From Chloroflexota bacterium (GTDB taxonomy: Bacteria; Chloroflexota; Dehalococcoidia; Lucifugimonadales; Lucifugimonadaceae): DNA of 64,000 nucleotides. The first letter of the stretch is position 1. The number at the start of each line of letters is the position of its first letter. The stretch spans positions 4,108 to 68,107 of the forward strand of contig JAJCYY010000013.1 in NCBI GenBank assembly GCA_029262735.1. Reading direction: 5' to 3'. The position numbers and the translations under genes were made by a program. Positions 55,585-64,000 of this stretch are shown in pieces. The notes below the pieces were generated by a model that was not told the DNA's origin, did not search any database, and saw nothing but the letters and a program-made list of their open reading frames with translations.

Positions 55585-56172
55585 CTACCGTCGTAATATG
55601 TCGGGTTCGCCCTCAATCACGACGCTTATCACATCACCACCGTCCTGTATCTCCATTGAGCCTGACGACGGGAACAGTCCAAACAGATTCGACACCTGCG
55701 TAATGTTGATGAACTCGCCGCTCCTGACACCGAAGTAGCCTGTACCGACGACATCGAGCGACAGGATTTCTACGACTTCTCCTGTCTGCGCAATCTCCCA
55801 GGACAATCCACCCTGCGATATCCAGAATCCACTGATGTCCAACGCTCCCGGTGAACTCACATTGAGATCGACGCGTGGCGTCGCCTGTGGAGCGGCTTCA
55901 AACGGAGCGGTAGTCGGCGTTGCCTGGGCTGCTGCGACCGGTGATGCTCCTGCGTTTATTGCCGGTTGAGGCTGGCTATCAGAGCCGCCGATCACCCCCG
56001 CTGCAAACAGCGCACCGACCAGACCTCCTATCGATCCGATCACAGCTGCAACACCGGTTAAGATACCCGGTATCGATGTCCAAAATCCGGATTTGTGACC
56101 GCCTCGGTGGTTACCGTCAGGCGAATAATTCTGCATCATCGATACCCCTGAAGGACTAAAAATTCCCTTCAA
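55585..56172 (-). CDS. Hypothetical single-pass membrane protein
   Basis: 195 aa. One Gly-rich TM helix (ILTGVAAVIGSIGGLVGALFAAGVIGG), a Pro/Ala linker and a C-terminal domain of about 100 aa. Confidence 0.5.
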   Translation of the reverse strand: MKGIFSPSGVSMMQNYSPDGNHRGGHKSGFWTSIPGILTGVAAVIGSIGGLVGALFAAGVIGGSDSQPQPAINAGASPVAAAQATPTTAPFEAAPQATPRVDLNVSSPGALDISGFWISQGGLSWEIAQTGEVVEILSLDVVGTGYFGVRSGEFINITQVSNLFGLFPSSGSMEIQDGGDVISVVIEGEPDILRR

Positions 56173-56530
56173 GTCTACTTGGTCGCGTCACTCAGTTCTT
56201 CACGGTTTCCCGCCAGCGTTTTCTTTGCCCGCCCTGCCAGTTGACGAAATCGACCAGCAAAATTGACGGTGCTCCATGTTCGTGGCGAGTATCTCGGAAT
56301 CTATATCAGACCCGGAGCTATTGAATATACCCCCTGTGCTTTGCGGGCTGGACTGGGAGGATAAGTAAGCAGAAATTGCCGGCACAGACAATAATCCGGT
56401 TCTTAGACCCCCCACCGGTCCTAGCATCGGGGACTGGGGGGACTGGAAGGTGGCACGGAAGTCAACTACACAAAAAGCGGATGGCAGGACTAATCCTGCC
56501 ATCCGCCTCTTTACCCGCCGTCGGAAGCAG

Positions 56531-58762
56531 CTAGTCAGCAGCTCCTGAAGGAACAACACCGGGCAGCGAAACGGTTTCGTGGCTTTCGCCCTCAACGTCA
56601 AGGCGTGGGAGCCATTCGAGCCAGGACGGGAAGTACCAGTTCTTGTCGCCCAGCAGAACCATGCTTGCCGGAACCAGGACCGAACGGACCAGAGTAGCGT
56701 CGATGATGACCGCTGCTGCAAGGCCGAATCCCATCTGCTGGAACATGGCCATGTCACCGATGGCGAAACCACCGAACACTCCGACCATGATCAGCGCCGC
56801 GCCGGTGATGATTCCGGCAGTCGAGCGAAGACCGAATGCCACTGAAGCCTTGTTGTCACCGGTCCGGTCGTAGTGCTCCTTGATCCGGCTCAGTAGGAAA
56901 ACGTGGTAGTCCATCGACAGTCCGAACAGGATGCTGAAGAGGAACAGCGGCAGCCAGAACTCGATCACTGGCGATTCCTGGAACCCGAGAATGTCAGCGC
57001 CGATGCCCTGTTGGAAGACCAGGACGAGCAGGCCGTATGCTGCGCCAACCGAAAGTACGTTCATCAACACCGCTTTGATCGGAACGACCACGCTCCGGAA
57101 CACGATCATCAGGAGCAGGAAACTGCTGCCGAGCACGAGCCCGAACACGATCGGCAGCCAGCCGGTGATCATGCCGACGCTGTCAACCGTTTCAGCTGTC
57201 GGTCCCGTCACGTAGACGGCTGCAATTCCGTCGAACGCCGCAGGGATGTAGTCATCACGAAGCCTCGACAGAGCTTCCTCCGCAGGCTTGCCTGAGAAGT
57301 CACCCTGGATGACCGCACTGACCACCGCAAGGTCGTCGTTGGGCGCTATCGTCACCCGGGTGTCTCCATAGAAGTCGTCTCCTGCCAGATCGGATTCAAG
57401 CTGAGAAATGCCAGCCTGAATCTCTGGCGAGGTAACGTCCCGAGCATCGATCACGACGTCGGATGTGATAAGTCCATCACTGAACTCCGCAATCACTACC
57501 TCGAAAGCCTGCCGAGTCGAGTTGTCTTCGGGAAGCGAGGAGATCCCACTTGAACCCAGGTCCATCGTGAACACGGCGGTTGAAACTGCTATCAGCGCCC
57601 CACCCGTCACCACGATGCTCAGCACCGGCTTTGCAGTCACCACACTCGTAATCTTGTCCCAGATCCCGCCTTCGTTTGATTCTGTGTCTCCAGCCTCGGC
57701 CTTCCGACTCACGAATGGAATTCGCAGCCAGTAGACGCGGTGCCCGAGCAAGCTGACCAGGGCAGGTAGCAATGTCGATGCTGCCGCCACTGCTGCAATA
57801 ACCACCACAATTGCACCGAGACCGAAGCTCCGGAATGTCATGTCAGGAATGATCAGGAGACCTGTGAGAGCGATCATCACTGCGACGCCTGAGACCATGA
57901 CGGTCCTGCCAGCTGTGTTTCCAGCAGCCGTGATCGCTGTGATTTTGTCCTTGCCCTTTGCGAGTTCTTCTCCGTATCGCTTCACGATAAACAGTGCGTA
58001 GTCAATGCCAACGGCCAGTCCGATCATGGTAATGATCTGGACGACGAACTGGTCAAGGTCCATCACCCGCCCGATAGTTGCACTGAGCGCGATGGCGACC
58101 AGGATTGATGCGATTGCCAGGAGAATCGGCAACCCCGCTGCGACCGCTGCACCGAACACGATCAAGAGAACCACGAGTGCGAAGACGATGCCAATCGACT
58201 CGCCTTTCGCAAGGGTCTCTTCGGCAAGACTCGCGAACTCAGTCTCAACGCTGCCCTGTCCAACGGAAGTGACAGAGAACTCCGGTGCTTCGTCCGCTCC
58301 GTTCAGGACGTCGAGAACCGGTTCAATAACATCTACGGCTTCATCGTCCGGTACAGACAACGACGTAATAAGGAGGGCCGTGCTGCCGTCCGATGTAACC
58401 AGCCCATCCCCGCCGTTGACGTAGCTCTCCACACCTATCACGTCTTCTAACGCCAGCAGGTCATCTGCCAAGGAAGAGACAAAGGCTCGATTTGCAGAGT
58501 CCTCAGCTCCGCCAGACCCAAACTCAACCAGGACGAATTCCTTCGATGCCTCGTCTGAATTGATCCGCTCGTCGATCAGATTTCTCGCTATCCCAGATTC
58601 CAAGTTTGTGCTTCCGGAACCGTCGTTCGTCGTTGCATCTCCTATGCCACCCGCCAGGAAGAATGCCACTACGAGAATCGCCATCCAGGCTCCCAGGACT
58701 TTCAGGCGGTTCCGTGCGCTGAAGTTCGCCAACCTTCCGGTGATATTGCTGCTGCTGCCCAT
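56531..58762 (-). CDS. MMPL-family (RND superfamily) transporter
   Basis: 743 aa. Two 6-TM bundles, each preceded by a soluble loop. GIDYALFIV and GLSMDYHVFLLSRIKE motifs. Confidence 0.85.
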   Translation of the reverse strand: MGSSSNITGRLANFSARNRLKVLGAWMAILVVAFFLAGGIGDATTNDGSGSTNLESGIARNLIDERINSDEASKEFVLVEFGSGGAEDSANRAFVSSLADDLLALEDVIGVESYVNGGDGLVTSDGSTALLITSLSVPDDEAVDVIEPVLDVLNGADEAPEFSVTSVGQGSVETEFASLAEETLAKGESIGIVFALVVLLIVFGAAVAAGLPILLAIASILVAIALSATIGRVMDLDQFVVQIITMIGLAVGIDYALFIVKRYGEELAKGKDKITAITAAGNTAGRTVMVSGVAVMIALTGLLIIPDMTFRSFGLGAIVVVIAAVAAASTLLPALVSLLGHRVYWLRIPFVSRKAEAGDTESNEGGIWDKITSVVTAKPVLSIVVTGGALIAVSTAVFTMDLGSSGISSLPEDNSTRQAFEVVIAEFSDGLITSDVVIDARDVTSPEIQAGISQLESDLAGDDFYGDTRVTIAPNDDLAVVSAVIQGDFSGKPAEEALSRLRDDYIPAAFDGIAAVYVTGPTAETVDSVGMITGWLPIVFGLVLGSSFLLLMIVFRSVVVPIKAVLMNVLSVGAAYGLLVLVFQQGIGADILGFQESPVIEFWLPLFLFSILFGLSMDYHVFLLSRIKEHYDRTGDNKASVAFGLRSTAGIITGAALIMVGVFGGFAIGDMAMFQQMGFGLAAAVIIDATLVRSVLVPASMVLLGDKNWYFPSWLEWLPRLDVEGESHETVSLPGVVPSGAAD

Positions 58763-58963
58763 CTCTAAATCCCTCCTGTGCTTCCCGACACAATGGCCGA
58801 AAGCGTGCTTGTTGCTTGGACACCAAGTTAGGCGGGTTGGTCAGGAGCGTCGTCATACTGAGGGAGCGCAGGCGGTCTGCTGAGAGGTGAAATCCGCTGT
58901 CGCCTTTTGACAGAGGTCTAGGACGCGAAGTAGTCCTATTGAGGTATGGACCGGAGCGGCGGG

Positions 58964-59647
58964 CTAGTGGCTGTTGGTTCCCGGCTGAACCAATCCTGCG
59001 TTGTAGGCGAAGATCACAGCCTGGGTGCGGTCTCGGACGCCGAGCTTTGCCAGCACCCTCTGAACATGAGTTTTTACTGTGCCTTCGGTCACAACAAGCT
59101 CCGTCGCAAGCTCCTGGTTTGAAAGTCCGCGGGCTACTAAGTGAAGTACCTCGGTCTCACGTTCAGTCAACAGTTCAAGTTTGCCAGCGGTGTTGGGATC
59201 TACAGACGAAGACGGCGACTGTGCGAACTCGTTGATAAGTCTTTTCGTGACTGAAGGCGACAGGAGTGAATCTCCTGCCGAAATTACCTTGATGCCGCTA
59301 ATCAACTCATCAGCCGGGGTTCGCTTCAGCAAAAATCCGCTGGCACCCGCCCGCAAGGCCTGAAAGACGAATTCATCTTGCTCGAACGTTGTCAGCATGA
59401 GGATTCGTGGACCTTCATCTCCCGTTGAGCGATTAGCAATGAGCCGTGTCGCCTCAATTCCGTCCATTTCTGGCATCTGGATATCCATCAGCACAACATC
59501 TGGATTGAGCTGCTCGACGAGCGTTACAGCGACTGCACCGTCTGGCGCCTCACCAACCACTTCAAGCTCATTGTCAGACTCAAGGATCATCTTGAGGCCC
59601 ATGCGCACCAGATCGTCGTCGTCCACCAGAAGTAGCCGTATTGACAT
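58964..59647 (-). CDS. Two-component response regulator, NarL/LuxR family
   Basis: MSIRLLLVDDDDLV...DVVLMDIQMPEMDG receiver plus a C-terminal LTERETEVLHLVARGLSNQELA HTH. Start set at 59647, which overlaps the kinase stop. The ORF track extends to 59704. Confidence 0.9.
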   Translation of the reverse strand: MSIRLLLVDDDDLVRMGLKMILESDNELEVVGEAPDGAVAVTLVEQLNPDVVLMDIQMPEMDGIEATRLIANRSTGDEGPRILMLTTFEQDEFVFQALRAGASGFLLKRTPADELISGIKVISAGDSLLSPSVTKRLINEFAQSPSSSVDPNTAGKLELLTERETEVLHLVARGLSNQELATELVVTEGTVKTHVQRVLAKLGVRDRTQAVIFAYNAGLVQPGTNSH

Positions 59648-59649
59648 TG

Positions 59650-60885
59650 CTAAACTCCTGCCGAACCGGTCGAGTTGATTGGGAACGTCGCGAAAACCCG
59701 CCATCCACCGTCGTCGGTCTGACCCGCCTCGAACTTGCCATTGAACATAGCGACCCGCTCTCGCATCCCGACCATGCCTCGCCCACCGCTCGTGCGACCG
59801 GAATTTCGGTCGTTTCCGGAGCCATCGTTCAGGACGGTAAGCGCGATCAGGTTTTCTGAATAAGAGATCTTTGCGACGGCATATGAGCCGGCAGCGTGCG
59901 TCATCACATTTGTAAGCGCTTCTTGCATCACCCGGTATGCCGACAGGTCGACGCTCGGTGCCAACGAGATCGGAGTTCCCGCCATCTCCATCTCGACGGC
60001 TTGACCAGCAGCTCGGACCTCCTCGATCAATGAGTTGACTCGGCTCATTGACGGCCTGCCTTCGAGCGCTTTGACGGAGTCTTGCATGTCTTCGGTGTCT
60101 TCCGGATCTTGCAGAATGCCAAGCATCCGATCGACATCTGAGAGAGCCTGTCGGCCTGTCGATTCAATCGATTTAAGTGTCTCGAACGCCTTATCAGGAG
60201 ACGCCGTGAAAATCTTTTGCGCTGCTCCTGCCTGGATCACAACGAGATTTAGTGTGTGCCCGACAACATCGTGGAGTTCGCGAGCAATGCGAGCTCGTTC
60301 AAATTGAGCCGCCTCTCGCCTGACGCGCACCTGCTCGTCCGAAAGTTCCGAGACCGTAAGTTCGGCGATCTCCAGTCTCGTTCGCCGAGAGCGAACAACG
60401 CTACCTGCGATCCACACACCTGCGAACAGAATGTTGATGACGATCGCGTTATCGGTCTCTTCATGTATGAAACCAAATACTGCAATGACGATAGCGAATA
60501 TGATCAAGCCACCGATCATCGACTGCCGGTCGTCGGTGGTGCTCGTAACCACATACAACCCGATTATGGTGGTCAGTTGTACGACCCATACGGTGTCGTA
60601 GTCGAGCGCCGCATGAGCGACGAACGCGGACCCAATAACCGTCAGTACAGCTAGCGGCGCGCGGCGTACGAAAACGAGAGGCAGGACCTGCGCCACTGCA
60701 AGAAACCCACCCAGCACACTTTCCTGCTTAAACCCGCTTTCTGGCGTCGGCTCTATCCGAAGATCAAGGGCTAAAAAGATGAGGAATACGATTGTCGCCA
60801 AACTCGGCGAAACGTACGGATTTCGCTGGTCTAACTTCCGATACCGATCCCAGGTTGTTTCGAGCCAATTCATATTGGGCACCAT
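59650..60885 (-). CDS. Sensor histidine kinase, HisKA_3 (NarX/LiaS/DesK type)
   Basis: 411 aa. N-terminal TM helices, H-box ARELHDVVGHTLN and an ATPase domain (NDGSG...GRGMVGMRERV). Confidence 0.9.
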   Translation of the reverse strand: MVPNMNWLETTWDRYRKLDQRNPYVSPSLATIVFLIFLALDLRIEPTPESGFKQESVLGGFLAVAQVLPLVFVRRAPLAVLTVIGSAFVAHAALDYDTVWVVQLTTIIGLYVVTSTTDDRQSMIGGLIIFAIVIAVFGFIHEETDNAIVINILFAGVWIAGSVVRSRRTRLEIAELTVSELSDEQVRVRREAAQFERARIARELHDVVGHTLNLVVIQAGAAQKIFTASPDKAFETLKSIESTGRQALSDVDRMLGILQDPEDTEDMQDSVKALEGRPSMSRVNSLIEEVRAAGQAVEMEMAGTPISLAPSVDLSAYRVMQEALTNVMTHAAGSYAVAKISYSENLIALTVLNDGSGNDRNSGRTSGGRGMVGMRERVAMFNGKFEAGQTDDGGWRVFATFPINSTGSAGV

Positions 60886-60967
60886 ACTCCAGAGGCAGTA
60901 GTCATGAAGCCACGAACACCTCTTCGGGTGTTAGTGGCTTCGTTGACCGGTTGAGTGTTGAACGGGT

Positions 60968-61570
60968 TCACTGGCTCCGAGCGATCATCGCTTTCTCAAA
61001 CGTGACGCTCACACTGCCAAGCCAGTTCAGCAGATGCAGCGAGACGAAGAACAGGAACACTCCTGGGACCAGGAACATCAGAGCTTCGCTTGCCGTGTCA
61101 ACTTGCCAATTACCAACTTCCCAATCAACCCATCGGTAGAAGATCCACAGTGTGGCTGTTGCGCCACTCACCGCCAGGGTCGTGACCGCGACCGTGAATG
61201 TCGCGATCCCGAGCGGGAACCTGGCAAGCAGGTACACGATGCCGGACCAGGTGGTTCTGTCGCTGAACAGTGCTTTGAGTTTTGCGATCCAGTTCCCTGT
61301 TGCCGGTGGCATCAATGGGACCTCGTCCATGTCCGCACCGAGCAACCCAACGGCAAGTTCTCGCTCAAACCGCATCATAGCCCTGGTTCCGATTGCGACC
61401 AGCATCAAGATTGGAATCCCCACTAAGGCGAGCGGCATTAGACCGGTTCCGAGAGACACCCCTGTAACGAGAAATGTGAAGTAGGCGATCCCGAGTGGGA
61501 GGCCTAAAAGCATGTAAACCGCCGTTGTCCACGTTTTTGGTTTTGCGACGACTGAGAAGAAGCTGCTCAT
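60968..61570 (-). CDS. Polytopic membrane 'sensor-domain' protein associated with the LiaS-type kinase
   Basis: 200 aa with two pairs of TM helices of similar sequence (internal duplication). Lies directly upstream of the kinase on the same strand. Confidence 0.55.
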   Translation of the reverse strand: MSSFFSVVAKPKTWTTAVYMLLGLPLGIAYFTFLVTGVSLGTGLMPLALVGIPILMLVAIGTRAMMRFERELAVGLLGADMDEVPLMPPATGNWIAKLKALFSDRTTWSGIVYLLARFPLGIATFTVAVTTLAVSGATATLWIFYRWVDWEVGNWQVDTASEALMFLVPGVFLFFVSLHLLNWLGSVSVTFEKAMIARSQ

Positions 61571-62081
61571 TGGAACGATCCTCGATTGGTTGATTCAATT
61601 CGATATGAACCAGCCTATTCAGGTCCGCGCCAAACAGCGTCTGTCGAGGGTGGGATCATTCCGTAAGCACTTTGACGTACATCGATCGACCCGTAAGTTA
61701 GACCGGGCAGCGTGCCTCATACTCAAATCAGGTCAAAGCTTCATTCACGATCGGTATGAATCGTTTGCGGACCCGGCTCACAGGAGTGCGACGTCGCTCA
61801 GATTTCACGTGCCTTGAGAGAGCGCAACAGTAGTACCAGTTGCTCTGTCTGTTTGTCGCTCATTCCAGCGATTGCGGGGCTTTTTCCAAGGACTCGAGCG
61901 TCGAGGTTTCGGCACTAATCGGCATTCCTGTGCAGCCTTGTGATCCCATAATAGCCACGTACAAGATAGGGAGTGTCAGGGATTGTCAGGGTTTGGTTGT
62001 ACAGTACGGTCATCCCACGGGCGTGTGAATACGAAAGCAATGGATTCCATACGGAATGCAACAGGACAAGGAGTAAGGCTG

Positions 62082-62339
62082 ATGCGATTTCTTATCGAGG
62101 AGACATTTAAAGCACCGCCAACGGCAGAAGTTCAAGCCCTCGTTCCAGCTGAGCAAGCGAGAGTCAAAGAACTGACAGAACAAGGGCTGATAGCCGCTGT
62201 GTACATAGCGGCTGATCAATCACGTGCGTGGGCGTTGTGGAATGTCGATTCTGAAGCTGCCTTAGAAGAAGCACACAATTCCCTGCCGCTCCATCCGCAT
62301 ATGAACAGCGAGATTACGGTGCTGGCTGAGGAGGCGTAA
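62082..62339 (+). CDS. Muconolactone delta-isomerase-like small protein
   Basis: The ATG at 62082, preceded by AAGGAG, gives 85 aa. MRFLIEETFK...RVKELTEQGLIAAVY...AWALWNVDSEAALEE fits the ferredoxin-like MIase family pattern as I recall it. Confidence 0.5.
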   Translation: MRFLIEETFKAPPTAEVQALVPAEQARVKELTEQGLIAAVYIAADQSRAWALWNVDSEAALEEAHNSLPLHPHMNSEITVLAEEA

Positions 62340-62375
62340 CCCCAAAGAGGATGACGGTGGTAGCCGAGTGTGAGC

Positions 62376-62425
62376 TGGTGACGCGCCGGGGGCTCGAACC
62401 CCGAACCTAGTGATTAAGAGTCACC
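62376..62425 (-). repeat. tRNA-Lys(CUU) 3' fragment (att remnant). No 5' half present
   Basis: Reverse complement GGTGACTCTTAATCACTAGGTTCGGGGTTCGAGCCCCCGGCGCGTCACCA. This gives an anticodon arm with CTT, a T-arm CGGGG-TTCGAGC-CCCCG, acceptor 3' strand and ACCA. No complementary GACGCGC or D-arm lies upstream. Confidence 0.7.
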
Positions 62426-62485
62426 TTGTCGAGCCATCTCAAAATGCGGCGAAAGGGACTTTTGTGAGCGGATACAATCGCACCT

Positions 62486-63166
62486 GTGCTAACTCGAATT
62501 CGCCGTTTCCTGCAGACGATCGATAGGCGACAACCGACGAGGTTGACCTGGATCGTAGTTTCGGTTGTCGCATTGCTGGGTGGCCTGTTTTGGATGGTTT
62601 ACCTACTCCCTCCCCCTTCGAGCTGGCCGGACAAAACGGTTGCCGAGCGATTTGCTTTAGTCGGTGCTCTCGTTTCCTTCTTTGGCTTGATCGCAGCGGT
62701 CGTCGCCCTGCTCTATGCGGTCGAGGAGGTGCGCCAGATTTTTCCGGGACAGGATCTTAAGGTCATTTCTGTGATGCAAGCGGACACCACAGAAAGAGAA
62801 GGTATGACGGCATTCGTCGAGGTCATGAACGACGCCTCAGGTTCAATCGTGAATGCACTAAGAATCGAACTCACGGTTCACATGCCAAGCGACAGTGCAA
62901 TCAAGTTGTCCGATTTCGACGGCATGTATAGCCAACCTGCGCAGCCCCGTCCCGGCAGATGGGAGTTCCAGGCACCAGACATCTGGGTATTTCAGTCTGA
63001 ATCGAGATTGTTCCCAGGTGCATCGATCGTTGGACCCGAACTTCACGTTCCCGGTGAATTTGAGATCGACACCATCGACCAAATCCGGTGGTCTGGTCAA
63101 TGGTGGACGGACCGACGCGGTCCAGAACCGTTCACGACCGGCAAAGCGGGAATTCGCACATCGTGA
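62486..63166 (+). CDS. Hypothetical membrane-anchored protein (island cargo)
   Basis: 226 aa. Two N-terminal TM helices and a soluble C-terminal domain. No motif recognised. Confidence 0.45.
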   Translation: MLTRIRRFLQTIDRRQPTRLTWIVVSVVALLGGLFWMVYLLPPPSSWPDKTVAERFALVGALVSFFGLIAAVVALLYAVEEVRQIFPGQDLKVISVMQADTTEREGMTAFVEVMNDASGSIVNALRIELTVHMPSDSAIKLSDFDGMYSQPAQPRPGRWEFQAPDIWVFQSESRLFPGASIVGPELHVPGEFEIDTIDQIRWSGQWWTDRRGPEPFTTGKAGIRTS

Positions 63167-63232
63167 GTGCGGTTATTTCGGCTTTGATGCTAGAGTAGAA
63201 ACCGACCGGCCAAGTCACAAAGGTGGCACCTC

Positions 63233-63946
63233 ATGGGTGGACCACGTAGGCCGGTGCCGCGCCGCCATTGTCCGCAGTGCGACCCGCCGGTTTCAGCCGG
63301 CACTCCCCCGCCCGAACTGACCGGAAAATCCTGCACTGCAACGCTCGGGAAAGACGGTCCAACGTGCAGCAGACCAGCCGTCCAGCTCGACAAGCACAAT
63401 CGCCCCATCTGCAACGCGAAGGTGTGGACCAACGTACGGTCGCATGAGACCGGCGCTCACAGCCAGGTCACCAGCGTTGCGGCTCTGGATTCCGAACCTG
63501 CAGCCGAACCGGTCCTCGCGTCAGTAGCTCAGGATCTACCGGACCAGGTCGACGCCGGCGATGTCACACATCCGGTATTCGCCGAGGAGCTGGTTCGGAC
63601 TGTGGTTCGGCAAGAGCTGACCAGCTTCGCAACCGACGTACTCGGGTTACCGGCGACGATGGCCCAGGGCGATGCTCCGGTAGCACTTCACCCTGTCGGA
63701 CTCTGCACCGATGGGCGCTGCCAGCCGTGCCGAGCGCAGCGCAGCGGCGAGCACAACCAAGCGAAAAAGCTGCTCGCCGGCGACATCGGAAAAGCGATCG
63801 AACACACCGGCCGAGATGCGGTTGCGGAGATGATCCGCAACGATGGTTCGGATGCCCTGGCAGACGTGCTTGAGGACTGGAAAGAGGCCGGCCGGCCGGA
63901 TCCTGCAGCTGCGCCAGCTGAGCAGGTCCAGGTGGTGGCGTCGTGA
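63233..63946 (+). CDS. Hypothetical protein with an N-terminal Cys-rich (possible zinc-ribbon) segment
   Basis: 237-aa ORF. HCPQC...C...C...C spacing in the first 60 aa. Start uncertain. A further ORF (GTG at 63943, VSDNPPEDQLPDED...) runs off the window. Confidence 0.35.
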   Translation: MGGPRRPVPRRHCPQCDPPVSAGTPPPELTGKSCTATLGKDGPTCSRPAVQLDKHNRPICNAKVWTNVRSHETGAHSQVTSVAALDSEPAAEPVLASVAQDLPDQVDAGDVTHPVFAEELVRTVVRQELTSFATDVLGLPATMAQGDAPVALHPVGLCTDGRCQPCRAQRSGEHNQAKKLLAGDIGKAIEHTGRDAVAEMIRNDGSDALADVLEDWKEAGRPDPAAAPAEQVQVVAS

Positions 63947-64000
63947 GCGACAACCCACCCGAGGACCAGCTGCCCGACGAGGACCAGCAGCAAGATCCGG

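Noticed and set aside
56200-56772. A 190-aa minus-strand ORF downstream of, and overlapping, the MMPL transporter.
   Set aside because: It overlaps the MMPL C-terminus out of frame and its translation is low-complexity Ser/Arg-rich. It is likely non-coding.
62340-62460. A full-length tRNA-Lys gene.
   Set aside because: Only the 3' 50 nt fit a cloverleaf. The upstream sequence lacks the GACGCGC acceptor strand and a D-arm, so I call it an att-type fragment instead.
1-64000. CRISPR arrays, rRNA genes, IS elements or transposases, integrases, toxin-antitoxin pairs.
   Set aside because: I found no regularly spaced 25-40-nt repeats, no rRNA-like conserved strings, and no ORF with DDE, tyrosine- or serine-recombinase motifs when reading the six-frame translations. 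The absence of an integrase is notable given the att-site array.

Overview
This is a 64 kb bacterial chromosomal window. It is GC-rich and has a GAAC-N4-GTTC type SOS box, which suggests Chloroflexota or another Terrabacteria lineage (inference only). All functional calls come from reading motifs in the supplied translations; no searches were run.

The left third (1-22 kb) is ordinary core genome:
- malic enzyme, an FNR-like reductase, a GarR-like reductase and a two-subunit molybdo-hydroxylase;
- a cobalamin riboswitch with attenuator, followed by a btuCFD-like importer and cobU-cobS-cobT;
- an SOS-controlled imuB - small ORF - dnaE2 mutagenesis cassette;
- an NHL protein and a DUF1501/DUF1800 pair.

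The middle (22.3-42.6 kb) is the most notable part. An intact tRNA-Leu(UAG) gene lies at 42494..42579 (-). Three partial copies of its 3' portion precede it at 30022, 26157 and 22256. Together they delimit three tandem, integrase-less genomic islands.
- Island A (oldest) is decaying. It holds a frameshifted coiled-coil gene and a roughly 590-bp tandem duplication.
- Island B carries an intact, tightly packed three-gene operon: a SAM-methyltransferase-like protein, a ParB-like protein, and a radical-SAM (SplB-like) enzyme with an atypical Cx5Cx2C triad. This is my best candidate for an undescribed DNA-modification or defence-type system.
- Island C carries a flotillin/SPFH membrane operon, a STAND ATPase-TPR protein with an N-terminal HTH, an MFS transporter and a KAP-family NTPase with transmembrane helices inserted in the P-loop domain. 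Its intergenic regions hold five copies of a bipartite ACTGTCAA-N4-ACTGTCAA motif.

The right third is core again: a lactonase/dehydratase sugar-acid cluster, ftsZ, an MMPL transporter and a LiaSR-like two-component system. At 62376 a tRNA-Lys 3' fragment marks the edge of another island that runs off the window.

No rRNA, CRISPR array, transposase or integrase was seen.
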